64,000 nucleotides of DNA from a virus. Its lineage: Duplodnaviria > Caudoviricetes. Where the stretch lies: IMG/VR virus record IMGVR_UViG_3300032280_000753, positions 77,403 through 141,402 of that record; one strand, written 5' to 3'. Both the position numbers and the translations under genes were made by a program. Positions 47,966-57,985 of this stretch are shown here, piece after piece. Each line of letters starts with the position of its first letter. Position 1 is the stretch's first letter. The notes under the pieces are model-generated. The model was not told where the DNA came from. It was given only the letters and a program-made list of their open reading frames with translations, and made no database searches.

Positions 47966-49803
47966 ACGGCTGTGCCGACAAGATCATAATCGGAATATTT
48001 TAGTTCAAACATTGAACCTGGAGGTCCAAACACAATGCCACGACTGGTATTGGCTCTAATATCAAACTGTTGATCGGAATACAGTCTTCCATCCAAAACA
48101 TTATAAACATTGCCGACTTCTAAGTTGGTTACAGAAGCAACTCCTTCTGTGTTGAATATAATATTTTGTATGTCATTTATTACAATTGGTTGATCGATTT
48201 CAAAGTTTTTAATGTTAAAGTAGTTTTTTAGTTTATTTAAGGTATTGCGAAGAACCAATTCTCTATTTTGTGTTGGATCTATAACAACGGTATATTTGAC
48301 CGTGACGTTAATTATTCTGGCATCTAAGATGTCTATAGCGTCACTTATAAGACGATATTCATTTAGATAACTGGCTAAGTTTTTCTTAAGAGTATCTGGA
48401 GCCACAATCAACTGATTATCTTGATTTCTACAAATAATAAAAAGCTGAGAAGACATAGGATTATTTGGATTTGGTTCTATAGCAGCTCTGAATACACGAC
48501 CAAAATTTGATGGAAGCGTATAAACACGAGCGAGCAAATCTTGTTTAGAGACAATACGATTTTGCATTCCTTGGAATGCAGGTATCTTACTCTTGAGTTC
48601 ATTGGTAGTTGGAGGGTCTTCCCCACCAGAAGCAGCTTCAAGATTTATAACGTCAATTGAGTTTCTTACGTAAGCTGCAACAGTTGGATTTGGATTTTGC
48701 GGAAAAAATATATTAAGAGTAGATAACGAAGTAATTGTTTCCGCATCAACATTGTGCTCTAAGCCACCGCCAAATCGATACGTGATGTTTAATGTTGTAT
48801 TTTCTGATATTACTCCAAAGGTTGTTGTCTGCAACAAGTTGCCAGGATTTAAATTAAATCTGGCAAATGTTTTCTTACCGTAAAGAGGTAGAGAGTATTC
48901 ACTTGGATCTGGGATTATATCATCATTAATGGTGCTTGCAGAACCGCCTCCAAATATCAATGTCGTTGTTCTTGTTTGAAGCGCAGTGTTTTTTGTAAAA
49001 CGATATGGAGCCGGAATTGGAACGATGTTTTCCGGAACAAGCTTGTTATCATAACTTAGATTTGTAACTCTTTTATATATTGTATCTTGAGTTAAAGATT
49101 CAACTTCATAGTATTCATTACCCAACACGTCTGAAACGCTTATAACTTCAGTTACATTTGGGTTTGTTAATGCAATATTTCTATAGGGAATGAAAGTGCC
49201 AACCGAAAATGATTCAGTAATTCTTTTACCAGATATACATATTCCATTAAGACTAAGAATATAATTTTGTGGAATGTTATTTGCGTTAGTAGTGCCGACC
49301 GCTACGGATGCGGCTAATGAACCATCAACACGACGAGAAGAGAAATCCAGATTTTCTGTTAATTCAAACTCGATACCGCTTGTTGATCTTATAATCGTGC
49401 CTTCTTTTATTATTGGCAACGATGTGATGTCTGGATTTCCAGTATTTGTTCCATCAGTAGGAACTCTTATATAAAAAGTAACACTAACAACGGCAGGAGC
49501 AGCACCTACGATTGGAACTCCCGCCTTCCTTAAATGTCTTTCTATATTATTTGGTTCAACAGAAGACTCTGGAAACGATTCGTGAAATTGATGATCCAAA
49601 TAATAACTTTGAACGTCACCAACATAAGCAGCCATATCTAAAAGCAAGCCGCCTAAACTCGCTTCGGAAAAATCTCTGATATTATTAGGAAAGTAACTTC
49701 TGGCGTAATCTAATAAATCATTACGTAACGCATCGAAATCTTTATTAAGATACCGGCGCTGTCTTACTTGTTTTAATGCATTTTTTTTATTATCTTCAGC
49801 CAT
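47962..49803 (-). CDS. Baseplate wedge subunit (T4 gp6 / baseplate J-like)
   Basis: KDFDALRNDL...YFP...DFSEAS...AYVGDV and ASGGED...QNRIVSKQD. Confidence 0.85.
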   Translation of the reverse strand: MAEDNKKNALKQVRQRRYLNKDFDALRNDLLDYARSYFPNNIRDFSEASLGGLLLDMAAYVGDVQSYYLDHQFHESFPESSVEPNNIERHLRKAGVPIVGAAPAVVSVTFYIRVPTDGTNTGNPDITSLPIIKEGTIIRSTSGIEFELTENLDFSSRRVDGSLAASVAVGTTNANNIPQNYILSLNGICISGKRITESFSVGTFIPYRNIALTNPNVTEVISVSDVLGNEYYEVESLTQDTIYKRVTNLSYDNKLVPENIVPIPAPYRFTKNTALQTRTTTLIFGGGSASTINDDIIPDPSEYSLPLYGKKTFARFNLNPGNLLQTTTFGVISENTTLNITYRFGGGLEHNVDAETITSLSTLNIFFPQNPNPTVAAYVRNSIDVINLEAASGGEDPPTTNELKSKIPAFQGMQNRIVSKQDLLARVYTLPSNFGRVFRAAIEPNPNNPMSSQLFIICRNQDNQLIVAPDTLKKNLASYLNEYRLISDAIDILDARIINVTVKYTVVIDPTQNRELVLRNTLNKLKNYFNIKNFEIDQPIVINDIQNIIFNTEGVASVTNLEVGNVYNVLDGRLYSDQQFDIRANTSRGIVFGPPGSMFELKYSDYDLVGTAV

Positions 49804-49810
49804 ATTAATA

Positions 49811-50278
49811 TCACGTTATAAATAAACTTATTTCTAATAATTGCTCCGGAAAAGTGGAGACTTTATACGCAAGTATGATGTATATAACACCAGTATATAC
49901 GTTTTGCGTTCTTTCAACTTTGGATTCATACCCTAATAAGTTAACAAATGGCATATATTTTCCAACAGTTGTCTTAATTCTACGCATCGCCTCCTGATCA
50001 AAGTTGTCTTTATTGCTAAAATCAGTTAAAAGAGGACGAAGATTAGCTCCAAAATCATACATTGCTAATCTTTCTCCATGATTAGTTAGGATGATATTTC
50101 TTAAATTATCGCTCATTTGTTCAAGAAGACTATAGTTCATCTTGAATATCGATACAGAATTCCCTTCATCTAATTCTAATGGAGTTTTGATACCAAATGG
50201 CGTGGGAGCAACTGACGCAACTATACTACGTTCAATTGAATTCTGTATCCCAACATCTTTAAAAGATAATCTCGCCAT
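49811..50278 (-). CDS. Baseplate wedge protein (gp25-like)
   Basis: NLRNIILTNHGER...DFGANL. Confidence 0.85.
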   Translation of the reverse strand: MARLSFKDVGIQNSIERSIVASVAPTPFGIKTPLELDEGNSVSIFKMNYSLLEQMSDNLRNIILTNHGERLAMYDFGANLRPLLTDFSNKDNFDQEAMRRIKTTVGKYMPFVNLLGYESKVERTQNVYTGVIYIILAYKVSTFPEQLLEISLFIT

Positions 50279-50298
50279 ACTGGATTAAATATATGTCT

Positions 50299-50568
50299 TC
50301 ATGGAATCCCAGGAGTATATGGAGCTATTCCTGGTGCTGTTACTACAACAACCCCGGTCCCTGCTCCTGTAAATGCTCCAGGCGTTACCAAAAACGTTTT
50401 CAATATTGTTAGCTCATTAATAACGTAAGACGCAACTGCTTCAGATATGGCGGTTGATATCATGTCTATCTGTGCATTACCGGCTCCCGTATTACCTTCA
50501 GCTTTACCAAGTTCAGATTGCAATATTGCTTTAATTGTATTTTTCATCGCCGCTTTTGACATAATCAT
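50299..50568 (-). CDS. Small structural protein next to the spike gene
   Basis: Coupled to the upstream gene; Gly/Thr-rich C-terminus. Confidence 0.5.
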   Translation of the reverse strand: MIMSKAAMKNTIKAILQSELGKAEGNTGAGNAQIDMISTAISEAVASYVINELTILKTFLVTPGAFTGAGTGVVVVTAPGIAPYTPGIP

Positions 50569-52280
50569 TCTCCATATATTTTTGTAGATTTGACCGTATT
50601 GTTATACGTATTCTTAATTTTATCATCAGCTTCTGTTATGGTTTGATCCAAATTAGAAAACTGCACCTGATCCCTTAATGCATTGTTAGCCAAAGCATAA
50701 AGTGATGGTATGTTTGAATATGGAACCGCAATTGCAGTTTGAAAAGCAGTTTCTAAAGTTTCTTCAAGAGTTTTTATGTGATCTCTTAAAGAATTGATTT
50801 GATCTTGTAACGTTTCTATCGTTTGTTTATATACAGAGTATCTAACATATGGCTGTGATAAATCTCCTGCTCTTCCAAGATATATTTCATTTGCCTCAAC
50901 TTGAAGCTTACCCTCTTTATTAAGATATATGTAAGCCAAGTTTCCGTCCGGAACTGTTGGTAATGTATCTGGATCTGCTGATATACTATTAGAGTTAAGC
51001 TTTCCTTCACGAATTATAAGAACAGTCCCAGGAATGTTTTCGCTGGCAGCAGTTTGTGGTTCACGGCGAGCAATCATACGTATATGATCTGCCTTATTAA
51101 CAACATAGCTTCTACCTAATGTTCCATTCTCAACCGGCTGCTCATTTGCAAGACATTCTGGAGGATATGATATTCCTCGAGTTCCGTTGAAAACTAACCC
51201 ATAATTTTCATCAACACGACTTTGCTGAACAACATATACTCTCGCAGCATCAAATATTGGATTAGGATTTCCTTCATTGGTATTAGCTATAGATTCACGT
51301 GAGTTTCTAAAAGGATTTTTATCCGTTTCTTTATAACCACGTATATTATCTATTATTAATGGTGCATTTGAAGAAGCACCAGAAGGATTGCTAACCGCAG
51401 GTGCTTTGGGATCAGCTCCAGTTTCTGGCAGATATCTGCCTCGTCCAACTACAATATCAATTGCGGCTGCTTGTCTTGGAGCTCCGCCCAACTTTATAAT
51501 GTCAACAGGATTGTCGTTAATAGCACCATCAATTGGTCCATTACGATCTTCGCCTAACATTATCAATGCATTGTTGGCTCCTTGTAACACCAACTCTTGA
51601 GGGCGTTTCTTCCATCTCGGAACCGGTTCTGGCGTAACAAATGCAGTTGCACGGGCTTCATTGAATATGGCATCATAAGGATTTTCTGCCATGTTTCTTT
51701 CGTTGACTGGTAATGTCGCAGTATCTATACTATTGCCGCCATTTTGAAACGTCTCAGGACCGTTGCCTGCATTTCTGTTAGTTATCTCCCTTGTGGTATA
51801 TGTGCCTTCATTAATGGTAGGATCAAATCTTCTGTCATGATGAGTGTAGTTTGGATCCTCATAAGTTCCATATCCGGACACTCTGGACATCCAATAACCA
51901 ACCTTTGTTCCCGATCCTTGCATATCTTCATATATGACATATACCTGTTCCCCAGGCATAACAGGCAACATGAAATGAGAAGAATAAAATGGGAATAATA
52001 TTGTATTAGAATTTGAACCGTTGCCGTCATTAGATGACACCAATCTCGCAATAATACAATTAACAGACATAACATCAAGCAACTCCGCATTGTTAATGGT
52101 TGCGGTTAATGCTTCTTTGTATTCTTCAGTTATAAGAGATAAATCGGTTATAACATCTACAACAACAGCTCTTTGTAATGTTGGAGTTTGACCGGAAGTT
52201 AATGTTTGCGCTGTTAACGCAGCATTAATACCTGCTGCACCCATCAAACTACGGGCTATATTTGTTCCGGCTCTCGGCAT
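50565..52280 (-). CDS. Baseplate hub/spike protein (gp5/VgrG-like OB-fold)
   Basis: LPVMPGEQVYV...YWMSR OB-fold, ELVLQGANNALIMLG, and position upstream of the gp25-like gene. Confidence 0.6.
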   Translation of the reverse strand: MPRAGTNIARSLMGAAGINAALTAQTLTSGQTPTLQRAVVVDVITDLSLITEEYKEALTATINNAELLDVMSVNCIIARLVSSNDGNGSNSNTILFPFYSSHFMLPVMPGEQVYVIYEDMQGSGTKVGYWMSRVSGYGTYEDPNYTHHDRRFDPTINEGTYTTREITNRNAGNGPETFQNGGNSIDTATLPVNERNMAENPYDAIFNEARATAFVTPEPVPRWKKRPQELVLQGANNALIMLGEDRNGPIDGAINDNPVDIIKLGGAPRQAAAIDIVVGRGRYLPETGADPKAPAVSNPSGASSNAPLIIDNIRGYKETDKNPFRNSRESIANTNEGNPNPIFDAARVYVVQQSRVDENYGLVFNGTRGISYPPECLANEQPVENGTLGRSYVVNKADHIRMIARREPQTAASENIPGTVLIIREGKLNSNSISADPDTLPTVPDGNLAYIYLNKEGKLQVEANEIYLGRAGDLSQPYVRYSVYKQTIETLQDQINSLRDHIKTLEETLETAFQTAIAVPYSNIPSLYALANNALRDQVQFSNLDQTITEADDKIKNTYNNTVKSTKIYGE

Positions 52281-52327
52281 ATTCTATAGATATAACCTAA
52301 AACAATTTTTAAAATATGACTTCTTTA

Positions 52328-53620
52328 TTATCGACCATATTTGGCTATTCCAAGCAATTGATTAACTGGAGCAAATGCCCCGGTTAACTTATATACCTTG
52401 CCGCCGTATTTAAAAACAATACCTTCCATGGAACTTGTAATGTTATCAACATTTCCTAAACGGGACAATTCTTTTTTCATCACTTCATTTGAATGTTCTG
52501 TCCCAGTAGCTTTAATGGTTTCTATAACCTTTTCAACTTCGCCTCTTAGGCGTTGAATTTCCTTGTCCGGATTTATAATAAGATAACTTGCAACGCCTTT
52601 TAAAATATCTTCAGCGAAATTTTTTATTATAAATCTTACTGTGTCGGTCGCTTCATTATAAAGAACGGTGCCATTTCTTATAAGGTCAACAATATCTTTA
52701 ACTTGTTCCTTTTGCACCAATCCCTCTTTAACTAAATCTTCTAATATTGGCTTTTTGCTGGTAAGATTTTTTTCAAAATCTGATACAAGTTCAGCAAGAT
52801 AACTTTTGGTATCGTCATCAGCTATAATATCTTTCATCCGTTCAGAAATAACATATTCTTCAAACATTTCGCCAAGAGTATTGTCATTGGTCATACTATA
52901 ACTGTTCATGACGCCATTTAATCCGGCAATAGCCATTTCTAATGGCTCATTATTTGATAGCTTTTGCAATGAAACCATAACCGGTCCCAACACTTTCCAG
53001 CCGCTATCTTTTATTGCAGCTTGCATACGATTTGTAGTTGCAACAAGCTTTGCAAAATTTTTGCTGGTGTCTATGTTTAATGGTTGACCATTTTCATCAT
53101 ATACATTTCCACTTTCGTGAAACACAACGGCATCTTGATCATAGTTTATAACATTAGGATTAAGGGTGCCTACTATCTCTGCTGAATACCAAATCTTGCC
53201 ATCATTGAAGATAGCGGTTCTATCTGCTGGAGATAACGATGCTATAGCGGCTGATAGCACCTTATAGGCTTTTCCAAATACAGCAGCGACCCTGGGCTTG
53301 TCTGCCCATTTTGTTTCAATCTCATCTGCCCCCATTCCATTTGTTTTAATATGACCGGTATTACGAGCAAATCTTAATCCTTCTGCTGGAGTAAACGTAA
53401 AGAATACGTTTTGTCCATCAAGTTTTTCTGACACGTTCTCTAACTTACCCTTGCTGGCTTGCTGAAATATAGCTTTTATTTCTCCAAAGGTTAGATTATA
53501 ATCCTCGTGGACGTGAGACATATGCCCACCAAGACCGCCCTCGGCTATCTGTTCGAGAATGGTAGGAAGTAAAACATCTTTTATCTGCTTGATAACCTTT
53601 TGTCTTTTTACTGAGCTCAT
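52328..53620 (-). CDS. ATP-dependent (RNA) ligase-like nucleotidyltransferase
   Basis: Motif I EKLDGQN, motif III-like SAEIV, motif IV MEGIVF and motif V YKL. Confidence 0.6.
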   Translation of the reverse strand: MSSVKRQKVIKQIKDVLLPTILEQIAEGGLGGHMSHVHEDYNLTFGEIKAIFQQASKGKLENVSEKLDGQNVFFTFTPAEGLRFARNTGHIKTNGMGADEIETKWADKPRVAAVFGKAYKVLSAAIASLSPADRTAIFNDGKIWYSAEIVGTLNPNVINYDQDAVVFHESGNVYDENGQPLNIDTSKNFAKLVATTNRMQAAIKDSGWKVLGPVMVSLQKLSNNEPLEMAIAGLNGVMNSYSMTNDNTLGEMFEEYVISERMKDIIADDDTKSYLAELVSDFEKNLTSKKPILEDLVKEGLVQKEQVKDIVDLIRNGTVLYNEATDTVRFIIKNFAEDILKGVASYLIINPDKEIQRLRGEVEKVIETIKATGTEHSNEVMKKELSRLGNVDNITSSMEGIVFKYGGKVYKLTGAFAPVNQLLGIAKYGR

Positions 53621-54099
53621 TGTTTCATGCCTGTTGTTTTTTGAATTTTATCATATATGTCTTCTTCAGACATCATATCATCTAAGTCCTCTTCGCTGGC
53701 CTTGGATACTAATTCAGTTAACTTAAGTATTTGATCATTTGCCTTACTCATACGTTCCATGTAACGAGATAAGTTTTGACCATGAATAGCGTGCTCATTA
53801 GGGTTCGCATGGACATAACCATAAAGGTCTATCCACATGATGTAGGCATTCTTACGGTCTTGCACCGAGTTCTCATAGATTTGCTTCCAGAGCGCCTTCT
53901 GCTTGTCTTCTACAGATGATATCTGATTAAGAAGAGAAGAGAAATCATGGAGCTGTTGATTAATCTTATTGTCCAATTCATCTATATTTGGACGCCGAAA
54001 TCCAACCTCTAATCCAGTTGTGTCAGGTTCTTCTGGAGGAGTGGGTAGCTCAAATGATGGAGCGGCGGGTTGATAAACAGGTATATTTTTCTTTGCCAT
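53617..54099 (-). CDS. Helical hypothetical protein (start revised to MAKKN)
   Basis: ATATTTA motif 5 nt upstream of ATG 54099; coupled to the downstream gene. Confidence 0.65.
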   Translation of the reverse strand: MAKKNIPVYQPAAPSFELPTPPEEPDTTGLEVGFRRPNIDELDNKINQQLHDFSSLLNQISSVEDKQKALWKQIYENSVQDRKNAYIMWIDLYGYVHANPNEHAIHGQNLSRYMERMSKANDQILKLTELVSKASEEDLDDMMSEEDIYDKIQKTTGMKQ

Positions 54100-54150
54100 A
54101 TCCCTAAATATATAAAGGTATACCACTTATTTCTATAAACAAATATATTG

Positions 54151-54174
54151 ATAAGTGGAACCCTACCAATTAGA
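54151..54174. repeat. 24-bp direct repeat, copy 2
   Basis: Exact match to 21940-21963. Confidence 0.9.
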
Positions 54175-54180
54175 GAAGCT

Positions 54181-55020
54181 CTATATGCTAAACTCGTCGG
54201 TGTTCTTTACATCACGATAATGTCTCTTAAGAGAACTCAATACAATCGATAACTGTTTAGAACTTAAAGTTGTGAGTTCCCTTACATAGAGTAATATCGC
54301 CCTCTTACTTAAAAGATCAACGTCTTCAAGATTGCTAATAAGTACTTTAATGGCATTAACTACCATTTTTTCATTATCTGTCTTAGTCTTGTCCTCTATA
54401 GCCGCAACAAGCTTAATCAGATAATCATGAGTATTAACCATGGTATAAAGTTCTTCAAATCCAGGTTGAAACTGTTGCGTCTCAATCTGTTCAACGTCTT
54501 CCTTAGATAAATTATCACGATCATCCATTGAGATATAACTTTGAACACGTTTGATGTTCTGTTTACTCTTAATGGTTAACCAGTTTTTAGCTACAACGTT
54601 GAAATAAGAAAATGCTTTACTACCCTTTTCAGCGTTAAACTTCTCTACTGCTGAATATAGGAACTGTAAACACTCATGCTTAAGGTCTTGCTTACTCTCA
54701 TATATTACTGAAAAGCCATAGACGTTTATCAGATTTTCTACAAGGCTATCAAAGGCAGGAAGTATCTCCTTCACGTAAACCTTTTTCTTTTTTTCCGTAT
54801 CGGCTTCCTGCTGATAGATTATAATTTGTTCTTGTGTTTTATCTGTAAAATAATTGATAAGGGTAGGTTGATCGCCTTTACGTTTAATCTTCCTTCTACC
54901 TTTTTTTTCGGGACTACCAATTGGAGGTATAGAATCGGTACGTGGAGCTACCGTTAATAAGTCACCAATATCATTAATTTCTGCTGATATATCAACGGTT
55001 GAAGTCTTGCGTATTCTCAT
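54181..55020 (-). CDS. Phage sigma factor (late, gp55-like)
   Basis: DLKHECLQFL...KFNAEKGSKAFSYFNVVAKN resembles sigma region 2 (gp55 NPFAYF). Confidence 0.7.
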   Translation of the reverse strand: MRIRKTSTVDISAEINDIGDLLTVAPRTDSIPPIGSPEKKGRRKIKRKGDQPTLINYFTDKTQEQIIIYQQEADTEKKKKVYVKEILPAFDSLVENLINVYGFSVIYESKQDLKHECLQFLYSAVEKFNAEKGSKAFSYFNVVAKNWLTIKSKQNIKRVQSYISMDDRDNLSKEDVEQIETQQFQPGFEELYTMVNTHDYLIKLVAAIEDKTKTDNEKMVVNAIKVLISNLEDVDLLSKRAILLYVRELTTLSSKQLSIVLSSLKRHYRDVKNTDEFSI

Positions 55021-55399
55021 CTAACATTTCTCCTCGGAGTATACGCTCTCTCATTATTCTCTCTTGCAATTCACGAATATTAGGTTCTTCTTCAACAACC
55101 ATATTATATTTTTGTTTGCTACGATCAACAAATTTAAGAGCCACACGATTAACAGCCATTTTATTTTTCTTAATCTCTGCCATGGCTTCATGAACAACCA
55201 TTTGAACTTCTTTGCTATCAAAGAATAATCTCATTTCTAAGATTTTCTCTAATGCCTGTTCGGTATCCTCTAATGCCTCTACAGCATCAGAAAAATCATC
55301 TTCAATAATCATAATAATCCGTGCAAAACGAATTAGATAAAATATTGACGTAATTAATAGAAATAATATTACCAGAGTTGTTAATCCAAGTATAATCAT
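54992..55399 (-). CDS. Membrane-anchored coiled-coil protein
   Basis: N-terminal hydrophobic helix. Confidence 0.6.
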   Translation of the reverse strand: MIILGLTTLVILFLLITSIFYLIRFARIIMIIEDDFSDAVEALEDTEQALEKILEMRLFFDSKEVQMVVHEAMAEIKKNKMAVNRVALKFVDRSKQKYNMVVEEEPNIRELQERIMRERILRGEMLDENTQDFNR

Positions 55400-56592
55400 C
55401 CCAATACTTCCTTAAGTGCTTCTGTATATTGAGTAGCAACCGCCTCATAAGAGTATTCCTTCTTAAGAGTTACGGCTAAATCTTTAGCCCATTGTTGAGG
55501 CATTTGTGGGCTTTCTACAAACTTCTTTACACGGTGCTTGAAATCATCTTCTTTAACATTTGCCCACTTGGCTTTTTCCATCCAAATCTGATTATCTACT
55601 CGGGTTTGATGAATTTGCTCTAAACGATAGTCAAGCTTTACATACTTCCCTTTACCAAGGAACTCTGTATGAGCACTCCAGCCCGTAGCAATAACTGGAA
55701 GACCAGAAGCCGCCGCCTCAAGAATAGGAAGACCAAATCCTTCACCACGAGTAGGAGCTACAAGAGCTTTAATCTTTGGATGACGATATAGAGATGCTAC
55801 TTCTTCGTCTGTCATATCACCATGAAGAAGATAGAACTTTGGAAACTCTGCGCCCTTCTTGATCTCCATCGTAAGTTGCGCCATCATATTCGTTGTTCGC
55901 ATACGATCAACTACCGTATGTCTACCGGTATTTGTCTTAAGAACTATCCCAACGTCCGGATTATCTTTGAACTGTTCTGCCAACCACTTAACCGTATAAA
56001 ATATATTCTTACGATCATTTTCTGGATTATTGCCAGTTATCTGTCCAAATACAAGAAAGTTAAAATCTGTCTTAAGTTCTAAATCAATTTCTGATAGCTC
56101 CGGTGTAGCTACGGCATCAATAAATGCTTCTGGAATAACAACAACCTTAGTCTTTACTTCGCCGCTGTTTGCAAATACTTCCTTAACAAATTCCGAAGGA
56201 ACAATTACAAGATCCATGCGATTAATGGCTGATATCCATGCAGGATTACATACGTCGCCTTCAACACCTGCCGTTATTCCAACGTTATAATCTGCAAGGA
56301 AAGGGTTCCATTCATTTGGCAACTGTAGCTGTAAAGAAACATCATATTTATCTCTTTTTCCAGCAGCTTGCAATAAACGACCAATCAATCCATCTTGAGC
56401 ATATACATCAACGTGCCAAGGAGTTGCACCCCATGGAAGAGGTTCCGTAACAACATCAATATTTCCAGTTCTATCTGCTAAATCAAATAGCCAACGAGCT
56501 ATCTGACGAGCATGAACTCCATAACCACTTTCGGTTAATACTGGACCACGAAGAATTACTGTTTTCTTTGTCATTACTATATCCCTTATCAC
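55396..56592 (-). CDS. Glycosyltransferase, GT-B fold (GT4-like)
   Basis: SGYGVHAR, RKN and RGEGFGLPILEAAASGLPVI (EX7E). Confidence 0.9.
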   Translation of the reverse strand: MIRDIVMTKKTVILRGPVLTESGYGVHARQIARWLFDLADRTGNIDVVTEPLPWGATPWHVDVYAQDGLIGRLLQAAGKRDKYDVSLQLQLPNEWNPFLADYNVGITAGVEGDVCNPAWISAINRMDLVIVPSEFVKEVFANSGEVKTKVVVIPEAFIDAVATPELSEIDLELKTDFNFLVFGQITGNNPENDRKNIFYTVKWLAEQFKDNPDVGIVLKTNTGRHTVVDRMRTTNMMAQLTMEIKKGAEFPKFYLLHGDMTDEEVASLYRHPKIKALVAPTRGEGFGLPILEAAASGLPVIATGWSAHTEFLGKGKYVKLDYRLEQIHQTRVDNQIWMEKAKWANVKEDDFKHRVKKFVESPQMPQQWAKDLAVTLKKEYSYEAVATQYTEALKEVLG

Positions 56593-57920
56593 TTAATATT
56601 GATCAACTTGTTAGCAGGAGCTGGATTAATGCCGGTAAGCTTCCAACGCTTGAGAGCACCGGTTTCTTTCCTTGCCTTATAATCTTCTACGCATTTTAAC
56701 ATCGTATCATGCCAGCTTTGAACCATGTTTTCATACTTGAATTCATGCTCAAGATATTCGGTAGTCTTCTCTCTGAACTCTGCCTTCTTCTCTGGTGTCC
56801 AACTATATACTTCCATAAAAGCGTCTGCCACTTGACGTTCCGTGCAATAGTCTTCGAAGATATAAGGAACCATTTGTGAACCGACTAATGAACGCTTTGC
56901 TGGCTCAATAGCAACGCCATACTGATAACCATTACGATAATCTTCTACCTGACGTGTTTCGCCGCCGGTCTTAAGAGCAATGATTGGCTTACCAACCTGC
57001 AATGAAATAAGAGTAGAAAGACCAAACCCTTCATTCTTAGCTATGTTAACACAAACGTCTGCGAGGTTGTGCATAACATTCATTTGCTCAAATTGAAGAC
57101 GATCATTTGAGAACCAAACATTTTCATTTAATCCAAGCATATCAGATGTTGCAAGAAGATTTGGACCTTCCATATCATTTGGATCTGTATGCATGATTAG
57201 AACTGCATTACGGTGTCCTTCTTTCTTCTCAAGATCATCAAGGAAGGTCTTCCATCCAAGAAGAACATCATTCGGCATTTTACGTGTAGCATTACGATTA
57301 ACCCAAAGAGCCTTAAACCAGTCAGCTTTTGCACCAAAGTTCTGTTGCTTAAGATGATTAATTTGTTCCGCCGGTAGAGCATGATATGCCTCCTTCGGGA
57401 ACGTATGAGGAATATAGTTGGTCTTCTCTGGGAAATGAGGTTTGACCATTTCAAATGTCTTATAAGAAAGGCAATTGATTAGATCGGTACTCTCATACCA
57501 TGGGAAGTTAAATGCTGGATATGGATCATTATCCCAAACGTGCCAATAGACGATTGGGCATACTTGATGGATTTCATCTTCCATTTCCCAAAGCCAAGTA
57601 AACTGGCGTGGATCTGTAAACAAGAATATGGCATCAGGTTGTTCCGTAATAAGAAGCTGACGAATGAGTTCCTTGCTTCCAAAGCCGTCTACAGGCTTTA
57701 CAATGAAGTCAGGGTTGACAGCTATCGTATCGTACTTTGCGTGCTTCATAGCGCCGCCTAAGCAGCGGAATGACCATTGACCGGTCTTGATAAGACCATC
57801 AATAAGAAAGCGTGCTTGGACACCTACACCAGATGGTGCAAGTGGATGATCCGAAAGTGTGATTACCTTATACTTCTTCTTAAAATTAAACGGCGTGAGA
57901 AATGTGTTCTCTTCTGACAT
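56589..57920 (-). CDS. Glycosyltransferase, GT-B fold (GT4-like)
   Basis: SGVGVQ, NRNATRK and NEGFGLSTLISLQVGKPII. Confidence 0.88.
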   Translation of the reverse strand: MSEENTFLTPFNFKKKYKVITLSDHPLAPSGVGVQARFLIDGLIKTGQWSFRCLGGAMKHAKYDTIAVNPDFIVKPVDGFGSKELIRQLLITEQPDAIFLFTDPRQFTWLWEMEDEIHQVCPIVYWHVWDNDPYPAFNFPWYESTDLINCLSYKTFEMVKPHFPEKTNYIPHTFPKEAYHALPAEQINHLKQQNFGAKADWFKALWVNRNATRKMPNDVLLGWKTFLDDLEKKEGHRNAVLIMHTDPNDMEGPNLLATSDMLGLNENVWFSNDRLQFEQMNVMHNLADVCVNIAKNEGFGLSTLISLQVGKPIIALKTGGETRQVEDYRNGYQYGVAIEPAKRSLVGSQMVPYIFEDYCTERQVADAFMEVYSWTPEKKAEFREKTTEYLEHEFKYENMVQSWHDTMLKCVEDYKARKETGALKRWKLTGINPAPANKLINIK

Positions 57921-57985
57921 TACTATCTCCTACGATGATGATGATATTTTCGCTAATAATGACGCATATGTTTAGAATTACAATA

